A DNA stretch of 64,000 nt from Vulcanimicrobiota bacterium (GCA_041676625.1 JBAYRN010000015.1:1555-65554), one strand, 5' to 3'. Positions 1 through 9,273 are shown, counted from the stretch's first letter. The notes: generated by a model from the sequence alone, not told the origin. Numbers and translations: made by a program.

Positions 1-675
1 CTCGTCTTTCAGGAGCCCCTTGAGGATCTCATACAGGTACCCATATTTCTTGAGTAACGCCGCTGCCACTTCCGGACTCGGGTCGAGAAGATAAGCTTTG
101 TGCGGGGCGTCGAAGCCGACCAGGTCGAAAAAGATGCGATTGGCAGAATAGGCGTTGAGATGGGTGGAGCGGATACCCAGATGGAGGGCCTGAAAGCAGT
201 CTCTGCGAGCCTCATCCAGCTTGACCTTGTCCTCTTTCTTGAAGAACCGGATCGCGGTGGAGACCAGGCCTGCCGGGATCCGCTTGAGGATGGCTAGATA
301 GTGATTGGAGAGACTATTGAGTTCCACCACTCGCCGGACCGACCGGGTCAAGGCGCTCAAGGGAAACGGTTTGCAGATGAAGTCATCGACCTTGAGCTGG
401 ATCGCCTCCTCGGTCACCTCTCTGGTGGAATAGCCGGTGACCACTATACAACGAAGATCGGGCAGTCGCTCCTTGAGCAAACGAAACCCTTCGACCCCGT
501 TGATCTCGGCCATCCGAACGTCGGTGACCAGAATCTCGAAGACGGTGTTTTCTACCGCCTTCAAGGCCTGAGCCACCGAGTCCACGCCGTGCACAACGTA
601 ACCCTCGTCCTCCAGGGTCTCCACCAGGATGTTCTGCATTTCGTGGTCGTCTTCCACGACCAGAATGCTTGTCAT
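1..675 (-). CDS. Response regulator: CheY-like receiver domain plus an uncharacterised C-terminal domain. The 3' end runs off the window.
   Basis: It is absent from the ORF track because it has no stop codon inside the window. My reverse-complement translation from the ATG at 675-673 gives MTSILVVEDDHEMQNILVETLEDEGYVVHGVDSVAQALKAVENTVFEILVTDVRMAEINGVEG...VVTGYSTREVTEEAIQLKVDDFICKPF. That shows the DD acidic pocket, the phospho-acceptor Asp, and the conserved T and K. The frame stays open to base 1. Confidence 0.85.
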   Translation of the reverse strand, partial: MTSILVVEDDHEMQNILVETLEDEGYVVHGVDSVAQALKAVENTVFEILVTDVRMAEINGVEGFRLLKERLPDLRCIVVTGYSTREVTEEAIQLKVDDFICKPFPLSALTRSVRRVVELNSLSNHYLAILKRIPAGLVSTAIRFFKKEDKVKLDEARRDCFQALHLGIRSTHLNAYSANRIFFDLVGFDAPHKAYLLDPSPEVAAALLKKYGYLYEILKGLLKDE

Positions 676-824
676 GGATCAGCCTTCGCGAAGGCCGGGC
701 AGCTTCCTCAAGGAAAGCGGAACTCTACTCTTTCGCATCCCGTCCAAGACCCACCCCTGCCATTTCATTATGGGATTGGCGATGTGGACTGGCTACCAAG
801 CCGGAAAGCGTCTAGAATGAACTC

Positions 825-1133
825 ATGACACCTGAGTACATAGTGAAAACACCTGATGTCTGCGGTGGTAAGGCCCGATTAGACGGCCATCGAATCCGTG
901 TTCAAGATATCGCCTGTCACAGCGAATGGTGGGGATGGTCTCCCGACCGCATCGCTTCAGAGTTCAACATCAGCTTGTCGCAAGTCCACGCAGCCTTGGC
1001 TTATTACTTCGACAACATCGAAGAGATCAGAGACGAGATGCAAAGAGAACTCGAACGCTATCAAGAAGCCAAAGCCTCTTCGCCATCGCTGTTAACCGAA
1101 AAGCTCAGCAGGCAAAAAAACCAAAGTGCCTGA
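825..1133 (+). CDS. DUF433 domain protein (putative antitoxin partner of the next gene)
   Basis: 102-aa ORF. The segments VKTPDVCGGKARLDGHRIRVQDI and SLSQVHAALAYY fit the DUF433/COG2442 pattern as I recall it. It overlaps the next ORF by 8 nt. GC3 is visibly lower than in the flanking genes. Confidence 0.75.
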   Translation: MTPEYIVKTPDVCGGKARLDGHRIRVQDIACHSEWWGWSPDRIASEFNISLSQVHAALAYYFDNIEEIRDEMQRELERYQEAKASSPSLLTEKLSRQKNQSA

Positions 1134-1464
1134 GTGGATCAAGTTCTATCTTGACGAAATGGTGTCCGAAGCTGTCGCCAAGGGACTCCGTGCGAGAGGA
1201 ATTGACTGTATTCGTACTAATGAGGCTGGCAATCTCTCCCAGTCCGACGCTAGTCAGCTCGATTTCGCTCGACGTGAAGGCTACGCTGTCTTTACTCGAG
1301 ACTCGGACTTTCTAGAACTTCACGCGGAAGGAATTGAGCACTGCGGGATTGTCTACCTCCCTCAGCAAAGACGCGTCTCGATTGGCGAGATCATCAACTC
1401 TTTGTGTCTTCTCCACGATGTGATTACACCCCAAGACATCCAAAACCGCGTCGAATATCTTTAA
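1126..1464 (+). CDS. DUF5615 / Mut7-C-like PIN-fold protein (putative toxin)
   Basis: 112-aa ORF with a GTG start overlapping the DUF433 stop. IKFYLDEMVS...AVFTRDSDF...GIVYL resembles the small COG4634-type PIN-like proteins that pair with DUF433. Confidence 0.7.
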   Translation: MPEWIKFYLDEMVSEAVAKGLRARGIDCIRTNEAGNLSQSDASQLDFARREGYAVFTRDSDFLELHAEGIEHCGIVYLPQQRRVSIGEIINSLCLLHDVITPQDIQNRVEYL

Positions 1465-1727
1465 GCGCACTCTTTCCGATATCTAATCGAAGGGCGCCTC
1501 ACCCACTACTGCAAGAAAGGCGCCCTCACGAGCGCCTTTTCACTTCACAGCCTGTGGCCGAGCCTAGGAGCGTGCCGGAGTAGTCTCCCGTCGCAGAGGC
1601 TCGTTCATTATTGTCCATGCGAATAGCTCATTTCAACCGAATATAGCCCGATATTAGGGTGAAATTTCACTATCCGCCTGAACAAAATGTCCTTCGCTCT
1701 GCTCGGTCCGACTACTCCGACACACTC

Positions 1728-3035
1728 CTAATACCGATAATGTTCCGGCTTATAAGGCCCTTCCACCGGCACTCCGAGATACTCCGACTGCTCTTCGGTC
1801 AGCGTGGTGAGTTTGACACCGAGCTTTTCCAGGTGCAGACGGGCGACTTCTTCGTCCAGGTGTTTGGGCAAGAAGTGCACGCCCAGAGGGTAGCGCTCGG
1901 GGTGGTTCCAGAGTTCGATTTGGGCGAGTACCTGGTTGGTGAAGGAGGTACTCATCACAAAGCTGGAGTGGCCGGTTGCGCAGCCGAGGTTCATCAGGCG
2001 ACCCCGAGCCAGCAGGATGATCTCGTTGCCGTTGGCGAGTTCGAAGAGATCCACCTGGGGCTTGATGTTGGTTTCCTTGACGGCGTTTTTCTCCAGCCAC
2101 GCTACGTCGATCTCGATATCGAAGTGACCGATGTTGCAGACGATGGCTTTGTCTTTCATCTGCATGAGGTGCTCACTCCGGATGATGCCTCGGCAACCGG
2201 TGGTGGTCACGAAGATGTCGCCCCGGGCCACGATGTCCTCCATGGTGGTGACCTGGAAGCCTTCCATGGCGGCCTGCAAGGCGTTGATCGGGTCGATCTC
2301 GGTGATCACCACTCGAGCGCCCATGCGCTGCAGGGAGTGGGCGCAGCCTTTGCCTACGTCTCCGTAGCCGGCTACCACTGCGGTTTTGCCGGCGATCATC
2401 ACGTCGGTGGCCCGTTTCAGACCGTCGATCAAAGATTCGCGGCAGCCGTACAGGTTGTCGAACTTGGACTTGGTCACCGAGTCATTGACGTTGATGGCGG
2501 GAGCCATCAGCTTGCCCTTCTTGAACCGCTTGACCAGATTATGAACACCGGTGGTGGTCTCCTCGGAGATACCTTTGATGTCGTTGAACATCTCCGGGTA
2601 ACGATCGTGAATGATGTTGGTGAGGTCACCGCCGTCGTCCAGGATCATATTGGGGGCTTTGCCATCTTTGAAGGCCTTGAGCTGCTGCTCGATGCACCAG
2701 TCGTACTCTTCCTCGGTCTCGCCCTTCCAGGCAAAGACGGGAATGCCGGCAGCGGCGATGGCGGCGGCGGCGTGATCCTGGGTGCTGAAAATATTGCAGG
2801 AGGTCCAGGTGACTTCGGCTCCCAGCTCAACCAGGGTCTCGATCAACACGGCGGTCTGGATGGTCATGTGCAGGCACCCGGCGATGCGGGCTCCGGTCAG
2901 CGGTTTCTTTTTCCCATAACGCTCGCGAAGCGCCATCAATCCGGGCATTTCTTTTTCAGCCAGGCGGATTTCTTTGCGGCCGAAATCGGCCTGGGAGATG
3001 TCTGCTACTTTAAAGTTTTCGGTTACTACGGTCAA
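1728..3035 (-). CDS. ahcY: S-adenosyl-L-homocysteine hydrolase (adenosylhomocysteinase)
   Basis: 435 aa. [31 protein letters not shown], the NAD-binding [14 protein letters not shown] motif and the C-terminal PYKPEHYRY are typical of AhcY. TTG start with AAGGAAAGGA about 10 nt upstream. Confidence 0.95.
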   Translation of the reverse strand: MTVVTENFKVADISQADFGRKEIRLAEKEMPGLMALRERYGKKKPLTGARIAGCLHMTIQTAVLIETLVELGAEVTWTSCNIFSTQDHAAAAIAAAGIPVFAWKGETEEEYDWCIEQQLKAFKDGKAPNMILDDGGDLTNIIHDRYPEMFNDIKGISEETTTGVHNLVKRFKKGKLMAPAINVNDSVTKSKFDNLYGCRESLIDGLKRATDVMIAGKTAVVAGYGDVGKGCAHSLQRMGARVVITEIDPINALQAAMEGFQVTTMEDIVARGDIFVTTTGCRGIIRSEHLMQMKDKAIVCNIGHFDIEIDVAWLEKNAVKETNIKPQVDLFELANGNEIILLARGRLMNLGCATGHSSFVMSTSFTNQVLAQIELWNHPERYPLGVHFLPKHLDEEVARLHLEKLGVKLTTLTEEQSEYLGVPVEGPYKPEHYRY

Positions 3036-3144
3036 AACGTGGTCCTTTCCTTAGGGCGCGATGCTTCAGGGCTCCGCGTCCCCTTAATGTACCCACAGAT
3101 CGAGCGGAGCGAATCCAGAGAATCAGGTAACTTTCAAATAGGAC

Positions 3145-5430
3145 CTACCTATTTTTAGGTAGCAGCCCATGATCGACTGCCCACCGAGAGGCAGCGGTGC
3201 GGGAGCTGACGTTCAACTTTCGATAGATGGAGCGCAGATGCACCATGACGGTTTGAGGGCTGATGATCAGCGTCTCTCCCACCTCTTTGTTGGAGGCGCC
3301 GGTAGCGACGGCCTTAAGGACCTCCAGTTCGCGGGGGGTGAGGCCTTGAAAGCCGTCAGAATCGTCCACCCCTTCCAGCTCTCGCAGCAGGTCGTCCAGT
3401 GGGCTCTGGCGCCCAGCCCAGTGTTGTTGCCTGAACTCCTCGCCCAGGCGGGATCGCAGAGTGCCCTGGATGGCGGCGTAGTCCTCCTGATCGGAGGCCT
3501 CCAGGCGCACCTGGATGGAGTCCAGCAGCGCATCGGCCGCCCCCAGAAAGCGCGCTCCGAGCGGGTTCTGATCGCGAGCCTTCAAGACCCCGGCCAAGCC
3601 GATCAAGCAGAGCGCCAGGCCGTGTCTGGCTCCGGCCCTGCGCCATAGGCTCAGGGCTTCCTGAAAGCCTCGCTCCGCTTCGTCCCAGCGCTTCAAGCCC
3701 AGCTCCACGTAGGCCAGATTTTGGAGCGCCAGCGCGGCCAGAGAAAACTCGTGCAGGCCGCTGAAGCACTCGGAAGCGCGGCGAAAATGCAGGGCCGCCG
3801 GGCCAGCCTGCTGGAGGCTGCGATGGATCTCGCCCAGGGCGTTGTGGGCCCAGGCCTCTCCCAGTGGGTAGTCCCCCTCCTGGGCAAGCTGCAAGCTCTG
3901 ACGCTCGAACTCGATCCCTTCCTCGATCTGACCCGTGACCCAGGCCAGACGACCCAACCCAATGAGCGCGTCGACCTCTCCGAAGAGCTGCTCTTCCAGC
4001 CTGGCCAGATGCAAAGCTTGTTGAAAGTGCTCCCCCGACATTCCGTACTCCCCGAGGCGAAAGAAAAGCTGTCCCAGCCCACTCTGAAACTCCCCGGCCA
4101 GGGACCCCTCCGGCTGCAGTTCGAGAGCCCTCGTCGCGTGCTTACGGGCCTCCACGTAGGAGCCCTGGTGGCGCAGCAGGACGCCCAGCCAGTGGTGAGC
4201 CGAGGCGGCCTCCGGTCGCTGGGAACAAGGCAGTTGGAGGGTGGCCTCCAGGGCCTTTCGCCCTTCGCTCAATAGGCTGCACGCTTCCCAGTACCAGCCC
4301 AGACAGCCCACCAGTCTCAGTGCCTCGACCACCCGGCCCCCACTCTGAAAAGTGGCCAGGGCAGCAGCAAGATTGCCCTTCTCATCGGCCAGACGCTTGA
4401 GCCCCAGAGGGTGGTCCGTCCCACCCCGGCATAGGGCCAGTTCCTCGGCCGCCTGCAAGTAGTAGAGCCCGTGGCGCAGACTGAGGGCGGACCATTCCTC
4501 CTCGGGGTCGAGACTATTCCGGGCCCAGGTCCGGACCGTGTCCAGCAGGCCGTATCTGGTCTCCCCACTGGAGGCGTGGCTGGTGACCACCAGACTCTGG
4601 TCGCTCAAGTTGAGGAGTTCAGGCAGGGAGGCTCTGCCGATGGACAGGGCGGCTTGTTGATCGAAACCCCCTCGAAAGATGCTGAGCCGAGCCAGCAATC
4701 TCCGCTCCGAACTCTCCAGCAGGCGCGCGCTCCACTCCAGGGTAGCAGCCAGGGTTTTCTGCCGGTCCGGACGGTCCGGCCCTCCACCGCTCAGGAGTTC
4801 AATGCTCGCTTCCAGCCCCCGCTCCAGCTCGGCTGGACCGAGGTGCCGCAGGCGGGCGGCAGCTAGTTCCAGGGCCAGGGGGATCCCGTCCAGCCGCCGG
4901 CACAACCTCTCTAGCATTGCTCGATTCTCGGTCGTCAAGTCGAAATCGGGGCGGACCGCACGAGCCCGCGTGGAGAGCAACTCGACCGAGTGTTGGAGAT
5001 CGAGAGGGCTGAGACTCAAAAGACGCTCCTCGGCCAGCAGCAAGGGTGCCCTACTGGTCACCAGAAAGCTGAGCTGGGGATGACGCTGCAGCAGATAGCT
5101 CACCTGCACCGCTTGCTCCCGAAGGTGCTCAAAGCTATCCAGCACGATCAGGGTGCGGGTTCGAAGAGAGGTGTCCAGACGCTTGTGCCACTCTGGCTCG
5201 TCGCAGTCGGGCAACTCCAGGGCATACCCCAGTTCGGTGAGCAGCGAATCTTCCGTGTCTTCCAGGGCCACCCAGACCAGCCCGTAGTCCCAGGTCTCCA
5301 CCAGCTCCAGAGCCAGCCTGGTTTTCCCGATCCCACCCGGGCCCAGCAGAGTGACCAGTCGGCAGTCTTCATCGGCCAACCATCGCTTCAGCAGGGTGAG
5401 TTCAGCCTCTCGGCCGATCAGCGTCGTCAT
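3145..5430 (-). CDS. MalT/LAL-like transcriptional regulator: STAND P-loop NTPase + TPR-like repeats + C-terminal LuxR-type HTH
   Basis: P-loop LLGPGGIGKTRLALE near the N-terminus, a long helical-repeat middle, and C-terminal LTPRELEVLKAVATGASNKEVGETLIISPQTVMVHLRSIYRKL. I start it at the internal ATG at 5430 (MTTLIGREAEL). The ORF-track extension to 5625 would overlap the divergent thioesterase gene. Confidence 0.85.
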   Translation of the reverse strand: MTTLIGREAELTLLKRWLADEDCRLVTLLGPGGIGKTRLALELVETWDYGLVWVALEDTEDSLLTELGYALELPDCDEPEWHKRLDTSLRTRTLIVLDSFEHLREQAVQVSYLLQRHPQLSFLVTSRAPLLLAEERLLSLSPLDLQHSVELLSTRARAVRPDFDLTTENRAMLERLCRRLDGIPLALELAAARLRHLGPAELERGLEASIELLSGGGPDRPDRQKTLAATLEWSARLLESSERRLLARLSIFRGGFDQQAALSIGRASLPELLNLSDQSLVVTSHASSGETRYGLLDTVRTWARNSLDPEEEWSALSLRHGLYYLQAAEELALCRGGTDHPLGLKRLADEKGNLAAALATFQSGGRVVEALRLVGCLGWYWEACSLLSEGRKALEATLQLPCSQRPEAASAHHWLGVLLRHQGSYVEARKHATRALELQPEGSLAGEFQSGLGQLFFRLGEYGMSGEHFQQALHLARLEEQLFGEVDALIGLGRLAWVTGQIEEGIEFERQSLQLAQEGDYPLGEAWAHNALGEIHRSLQQAGPAALHFRRASECFSGLHEFSLAALALQNLAYVELGLKRWDEAERGFQEALSLWRRAGARHGLALCLIGLAGVLKARDQNPLGARFLGAADALLDSIQVRLEASDQEDYAAIQGTLRSRLGEEFRQQHWAGRQSPLDDLLRELEGVDDSDGFQGLTPRELEVLKAVATGASNKEVGETLIISPQTVMVHLRSIYRKLNVSSRTAASRWAVDHGLLPKNR

Positions 5431-5505
5431 CTTCGAACAGCTTCCCGTTCCACTCAACTGGTCCTTGGAGGCAGGTCTCTCCGTTCCCGGCAAAAAGCCG
5501 CCGGG

Positions 5506-5919
5506 GTGATCACCACCAGCTTGATAGAAGTGCGCTACGCCGAGACCGACCAGATGGGAGTGGTGCATCACTCCCACTACCCCGTCTATTTCGAACAGGC
5601 CCGTACCAGCTTTTTTCAGGAACACCTCAAACCGTACCAGGAGTTTGAAAAGGAAGGCCTGCTGGCCCCCGTGACCAGTTATCGGGTGGAGTTAAAAGGT
5701 CGCCTCTGCTACGGCGACGTGCTGCGATTGGAGACCTTCGCGGTGAAGTTCAAAGGGCTTAGAATCGTCATGGGCTATCGGGGATACAACCAGGATGAGT
5801 TGGTGGTGGAGGGTGAATCCACGCACGCTCTCACCGATTCCACACTAAAAGCGCTCCACCCCAGACACCTCCCTGACTCCTACCGATACCTGAAAGAGCG
5901 CTTCAGCGAACTGTGCTAG
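5506..5919 (+). CDS. Acyl-CoA thioesterase, 4HBT/YbgC-like hotdog fold
   Basis: The C-terminal part of ORF 4990..5919 reads IEVRYAETDQMGVVHHSHYPVYFEQARTSFF, the YbgC-type signature. GTG at 5506 is the chosen start. A TTG at 5521 with GGGGTGA 11 nt upstream is an alternative. Confidence 0.75.
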   Translation: MITTSLIEVRYAETDQMGVVHHSHYPVYFEQARTSFFQEHLKPYQEFEKEGLLAPVTSYRVELKGRLCYGDVLRLETFAVKFKGLRIVMGYRGYNQDELVVEGESTHALTDSTLKALHPRHLPDSYRYLKERFSELC

Positions 5920-6113
5920 AAGAGGACGAGTTCTACATGGAAAACGGCAAGTTCGTCTTGACCGAGCGGTATCACCTGAGAAGGGGCCACTGCTGCGGAA
6001 ACGGATGCCGCCATTGTCCATTCAACCACCAAGCGGTGCCGCCTAAACTAAGAGAGCAAACCGAGCCACCCCGCCCCTACTACCAAGAAGGATTTAGCTC
6101 ACCCGACTCGTGA
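5913..6113 (+). CDS. Small Cys-rich protein, DUF5522-like
   Basis: 66 aa with GKFVLTERYHLRRGHCCGNGCRHCPFNH, which matches the CC..GCRHCP(F/Y) motif I recall for DUF5522. It overlaps the thioesterase gene by 7 nt. Confidence 0.6.
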   Translation: MLEEDEFYMENGKFVLTERYHLRRGHCCGNGCRHCPFNHQAVPPKLREQTEPPRPYYQEGFSSPDS

Positions 6114-7518
6114 CCCCGGACAGGGCCTGCCAGAACGATTCCAAATCTTCAGCGGTGGTGCGGATGTTGCCGATAGAACACCTCAAGAGGACTCGCTCCT
6201 TGATCTTGGTGTGGGAGATGAAGAACTCACCGTCAGAGTTGAGACGATTCATCAATTCCAACTGTTCTTCATTGGATCGACCCTTCCAGCGGAAACAGAC
6301 CAGTGCCAGGCTGACCGGCATAGCCAGCTCAAACTCCTCGGATTCATCCAGCCTGCGGCCCAGATCGCGCGCCAACTTCAAGTGGTAGCGCAACCTTTCC
6401 CGGAGTCCCTCGAGCCCGAAGCAGCGAAAGATCATCCACAACTTGAGGGAACGAAAGCGCCGCCCCAGTTGCACCCCCGTGTCCATCAGGTTCAAGACCT
6501 GACCTTCCTCAGCGTTCTTCAAGTACTCGGGCGTCATGGAGAACGCTTGCTTCAAGCTCTCGATATCTTTCAGGTACAGCACGGAAAGGTCGAAGGGAGT
6601 GAAGAGCCACTTGTGGGGATTGATGACAATGGAATCGGCCCGTTCCCAACCTTTGAAGGGTGCTCGCTCTTCTTCTAACAGACAGGCCACGCCCCCGTAC
6701 GCTGCGTCTACGTGAAGCCAAACGCCTTCCTGAGCGCACACCTCGGCCACCGCATTGACCGGATCCACGGAGGCGGTCGAGGTGGTGCCGGTGGTGGCCA
6801 CCACCGCGCACGGATACAGCCCGGCGGCTTTATCGGCGCGGATCTGTTCCTGGAGCTTCTCGGGAAGCATAGCCAGGTTGTCGTCGCAAGGGATCTTGCG
6901 CAGGTTGTCCCAGCCGATCCCCAGCATAAGGACCGCCTTGTCGATGGAGTTGTGGGTGTGCTCGGAGCAGTAAACCACCAGTTGCCGACCGGCCTGCCCT
7001 CTACTGCGCACATCGGGCAGGGCCATCTCCCGGGCGGTGGCCAGGGCGTGCAGCGTGGAGACGGAAGCGGTGTCGTATATGACGCCGGTGTAGTGCTCCG
7101 GCAAGCCCAGACCCTGGCGTAACCAATCCAAGGCGAGACCCTCCAACTCGGTGGCCACAGGCGAAGTGCGCCACAGCATGGCCTGCTGATTCAGGCCGGA
7201 ACTCAAGAAGTCGGCCAGTACCCCGGGCATGCTCGCAGAGATGGAGAAGTAGCCGAAAAAACGGGGGGAGTTCCAGTGGGTGAGGCCGGCGCTCAGTTGT
7301 TCTCGAAACTCCTCCAGGACCTCCCGGGGGTCCTGCCCCTGAGACGGCGGCGTTGCATCCTGAGCGGCTCGGAGTTCGCCGGGCAGGACCTGGCTCAGAA
7401 CCGGTTCAGGGCGAGAGTCAGGACCGAGGTACTCGGCCAGCCAATCCACCAGATACCCGGCCGCGCGCTTGAACTGCTCAGGGCTGAGATCTCCCAGATA
7501 TTGGGGTTGTTCGATCAT
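6094..7518 (-). CDS. Group II pyridoxal-dependent decarboxylase (aromatic-L-amino-acid decarboxylase family)
   Basis: 474 aa. HWNSPRFFGYF, the PLP-lysine motif SIVINPHKWLFTPFDLSVLY, and a length typical of DDC/TDC-type enzymes. Confidence 0.85.
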   Translation of the reverse strand: MIEQPQYLGDLSPEQFKRAAGYLVDWLAEYLGPDSRPEPVLSQVLPGELRAAQDATPPSQGQDPREVLEEFREQLSAGLTHWNSPRFFGYFSISASMPGVLADFLSSGLNQQAMLWRTSPVATELEGLALDWLRQGLGLPEHYTGVIYDTASVSTLHALATAREMALPDVRSRGQAGRQLVVYCSEHTHNSIDKAVLMLGIGWDNLRKIPCDDNLAMLPEKLQEQIRADKAAGLYPCAVVATTGTTSTASVDPVNAVAEVCAQEGVWLHVDAAYGGVACLLEEERAPFKGWERADSIVINPHKWLFTPFDLSVLYLKDIESLKQAFSMTPEYLKNAEEGQVLNLMDTGVQLGRRFRSLKLWMIFRCFGLEGLRERLRYHLKLARDLGRRLDESEEFELAMPVSLALVCFRWKGRSNEEQLELMNRLNSDGEFFISHTKIKERVLLRCSIGNIRTTAEDLESFWQALSGVTSRVS

Positions 7519-8801
7519 GGTTTTCCTCCATAGACCCGGTTGTAGGCGTACAAAATTAGGGCGGCATTCCAGGAAAGCGGCTCCTCCGAGTGATACAATC
7601 GGGTGGAAAGGGGCTGACCGGTCATGTCATGTACCTCGAACACGGTGCGGTCCCGCTCCACCACTTTCAGCATCCGATCCACGTACTCTTTGGCTTCCTC
7701 GATGCGGCCGGTTTCCAGACACGCCACGGCGTGCCAGCCCCCGATCCACATCCAGCTACAGTTGGTGTGGTAGTTAGGGATGCCGGCGACCCACATCTCC
7801 GGCCCGACCTGATAAAATTTGTACTCCCGGTCGGTCACCCGGGAAGGCACGATCGCGCTCATGCCGATCTTGCGCGCGTAATCCAGGATCGCGTGGGATT
7901 GATTCTCACTGGTGAGTCCCCAGGCGCAAGCCATGTAGTTGGGCGGTGCCGCAAACATAGGGTCTCGGGGGGTCTGATACAGATAGCCTGCCTCCGGCTG
8001 GTAGTAGGCCTCCAGAATTCGCCGTCCCACCACGCTCGAGGTCTCAGCCGAATGGCGCATGCCTTCGGGCAGCAAGCTCTCCACTTCCTCGACCCCCTTG
8101 AGGGCTTTCCACCACAGCACGTTGGTATAGAGGACCGGCCCTCGCCTCCCGATGCTGTCGGCCCAGTCGGCGAACGGCCCCTGATGGATCAGGCCGTCCT
8201 TGCCTTCATAGCGCTCCACCCACTTCAAGGCCCGAACGGCTTGGCCGTGGAGATCCACCGCCAGCGAAAGGTCCTCGGTGCGCAGTACGCATTCGGCCCA
8301 GGCGATGACCAGCAAGAGCACCGAGTCGATGGAGCGGGTGCCGTGGGCGGTGATGAATCGAGGGAGCAGGTTGGCCTCCACCGGCTGGACCCGGTGAAAC
8401 ACCGAGTGCAAATAGCGTTCGGCAAGATTGGTGGAATGGAGTTTGAGGGGAAGCTGGCCGTTGGACTTCTGGTGACTGAAGAAAAGACGGACCCCGTCGT
8501 TGACCACGTCGGCACGATTCTCACTCAAAAGGCCGAAAGCAGCAAAACCGAAGTCCCGGGCCCACGGCTCGCGGAAGTGTCGAAACCCCGCGCAGACCAC
8601 GGTGGCCCTCTCTCCTGGAGCCACTCGGCGCCGCTCCATGCAAGACTCAAGACAGGCGCGGACCACCTCGACCGGCCCCATCCCGTTGGTGTCAGGCTTG
8701 ACCAGCCTGTCTCGAGTGAGCACCTTCTTTCCGGTTCGATAGATGTCCAGGAGCCAGTAGCCCGTTGCCCAGACGATAAACTGTATTAGCCGCTGAAACA
8801 T
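7515..8801 (-). CDS. Six-hairpin glycosidase-like protein (amylo-alpha-1,6-glucosidase / glycogen-debranching GDE_C-like)
   Basis: FREPWARDFGFAAFGLL...SHQKSNGQLP and FADWADSIGRRGPVLYTNVLWWKAL resemble (alpha/alpha)6 debranching-type enzymes. I chose the ATG at 8801, which has GAAGGAAAG 9 nt upstream (the ORF track starts at GTG 8822). Its stop overlaps the decarboxylase start as ATGA. Confidence 0.6.
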   Translation of the reverse strand: MFQRLIQFIVWATGYWLLDIYRTGKKVLTRDRLVKPDTNGMGPVEVVRACLESCMERRRVAPGERATVVCAGFRHFREPWARDFGFAAFGLLSENRADVVNDGVRLFFSHQKSNGQLPLKLHSTNLAERYLHSVFHRVQPVEANLLPRFITAHGTRSIDSVLLLVIAWAECVLRTEDLSLAVDLHGQAVRALKWVERYEGKDGLIHQGPFADWADSIGRRGPVLYTNVLWWKALKGVEEVESLLPEGMRHSAETSSVVGRRILEAYYQPEAGYLYQTPRDPMFAAPPNYMACAWGLTSENQSHAILDYARKIGMSAIVPSRVTDREYKFYQVGPEMWVAGIPNYHTNCSWMWIGGWHAVACLETGRIEEAKEYVDRMLKVVERDRTVFEVHDMTGQPLSTRLYHSEEPLSWNAALILYAYNRVYGGKP

Positions 8802-8842
8802 ATATTTATCTTTCCTTCGCACTCTTGAGTTACTCCTCTAAT

Positions 8843-8870
8843 GCAAAAGACCGGCTTAATCGCCGGCCTC
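8843..8870 (-). terminator. Candidate intrinsic terminator after the 8902..9258 gene
   Basis: The minus strand reads GGCCGGC-gattaa-GCCGGTC followed by TTTTGCATT. The stem is 5-7 bp, followed by a short T-run. Confidence 0.45.
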
Positions 8871-8901
8871 TGCTGATCTGCGTAAAGAAACAACCTGGCA
8901 G

Positions 8902-9258
8902 TCAGTCCCTCTCAGGCAGAGAAACCTTGACTTGCTTGAGTTTATCCACGATCAGATTCAGATCGCTGGGACCCAGTTCCGGAGAAAGCGGAACTTCATC
9001 TTCGGCCCCTTCTTCTCTCTTGATGATGGGGACCTTGTCACCGATCTCAGAAAAATCTACCGCACAACTCAATGTATTGGTGGTCAATTTATACATCAAG
9101 GGTACTTGTTCGTAGGGAGTGTTGGGAAAATCCCGACCCCACGTATTCATCACACTCACCGAGAGCTCTTCCAAGCTCATCGGCTTCCCTTGAGCTTCTA
9201 ATACTCTGCGAATCACTTCCACCGCGGGAGTGTTCTTACCGATGTCTTTCAGCGCCAT
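8902..9258 (-). CDS. Hypothetical small protein with a possible HARE-HTH-like N-terminus
   Basis: I start it at the internal ATG at 9258 (AAGAGG 6 nt upstream), giving MALKDIGKNTPAVEVIRRVLEAQGKPMSLEELSVSVMN.... The pattern of an alpha-helical N-terminus followed by 'G.P.s..el' resembles HARE-HTH by eye only. GC is lower than in its neighbours. Confidence 0.5.
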   Translation of the reverse strand: MALKDIGKNTPAVEVIRRVLEAQGKPMSLEELSVSVMNTWGRDFPNTPYEQVPLMYKLTTNTLSCAVDFSEIGDKVPIIKREEGAEDEVPLSPELGPSDLNLIVDKLKQVKVSLPERD

Positions 9259-9273
9259 CTCAAACCTCTTTTC

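Noticed and set aside
683-694. The 12-bp palindrome CCTTCGCGAAGG just upstream of the first response-regulator start, considered as an SD-sequestering hairpin.
   Set aside because: It can form only a 4-bp stem with a 4-nt loop, which is too weak to argue for regulation without comparative support.
3036-3144. Possible SAH riboswitch in the ahcY leader.
   Set aside because: The 109-nt leader has a GGGACGCG...CGCGCCC stem. I could not find the conserved SAH-riboswitch strings I recall (GAGGAGCG, AACGGCGCUCA). A covariance-model scan (Rfam RF01057) would settle it.
1659-3158. A 499-aa plus-strand ORF overlapping ahcY.
   Set aside because: It is antisense to a textbook adenosylhomocysteinase. 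It has no recognisable domain and the same antisense amino-acid composition.
5431-5625. N-terminal extensions offered by the ORF track: the LuxR regulator to 5625, trehalase to 35020, ppa to 62641, and the GNAT gene to 47162.
   Set aside because: The extensions overlap neighbouring genes, divergently or by more than 60 nt. They lack family similarity, and internal starts give canonical N-termini (a P-loop region, a signal peptide and so on).
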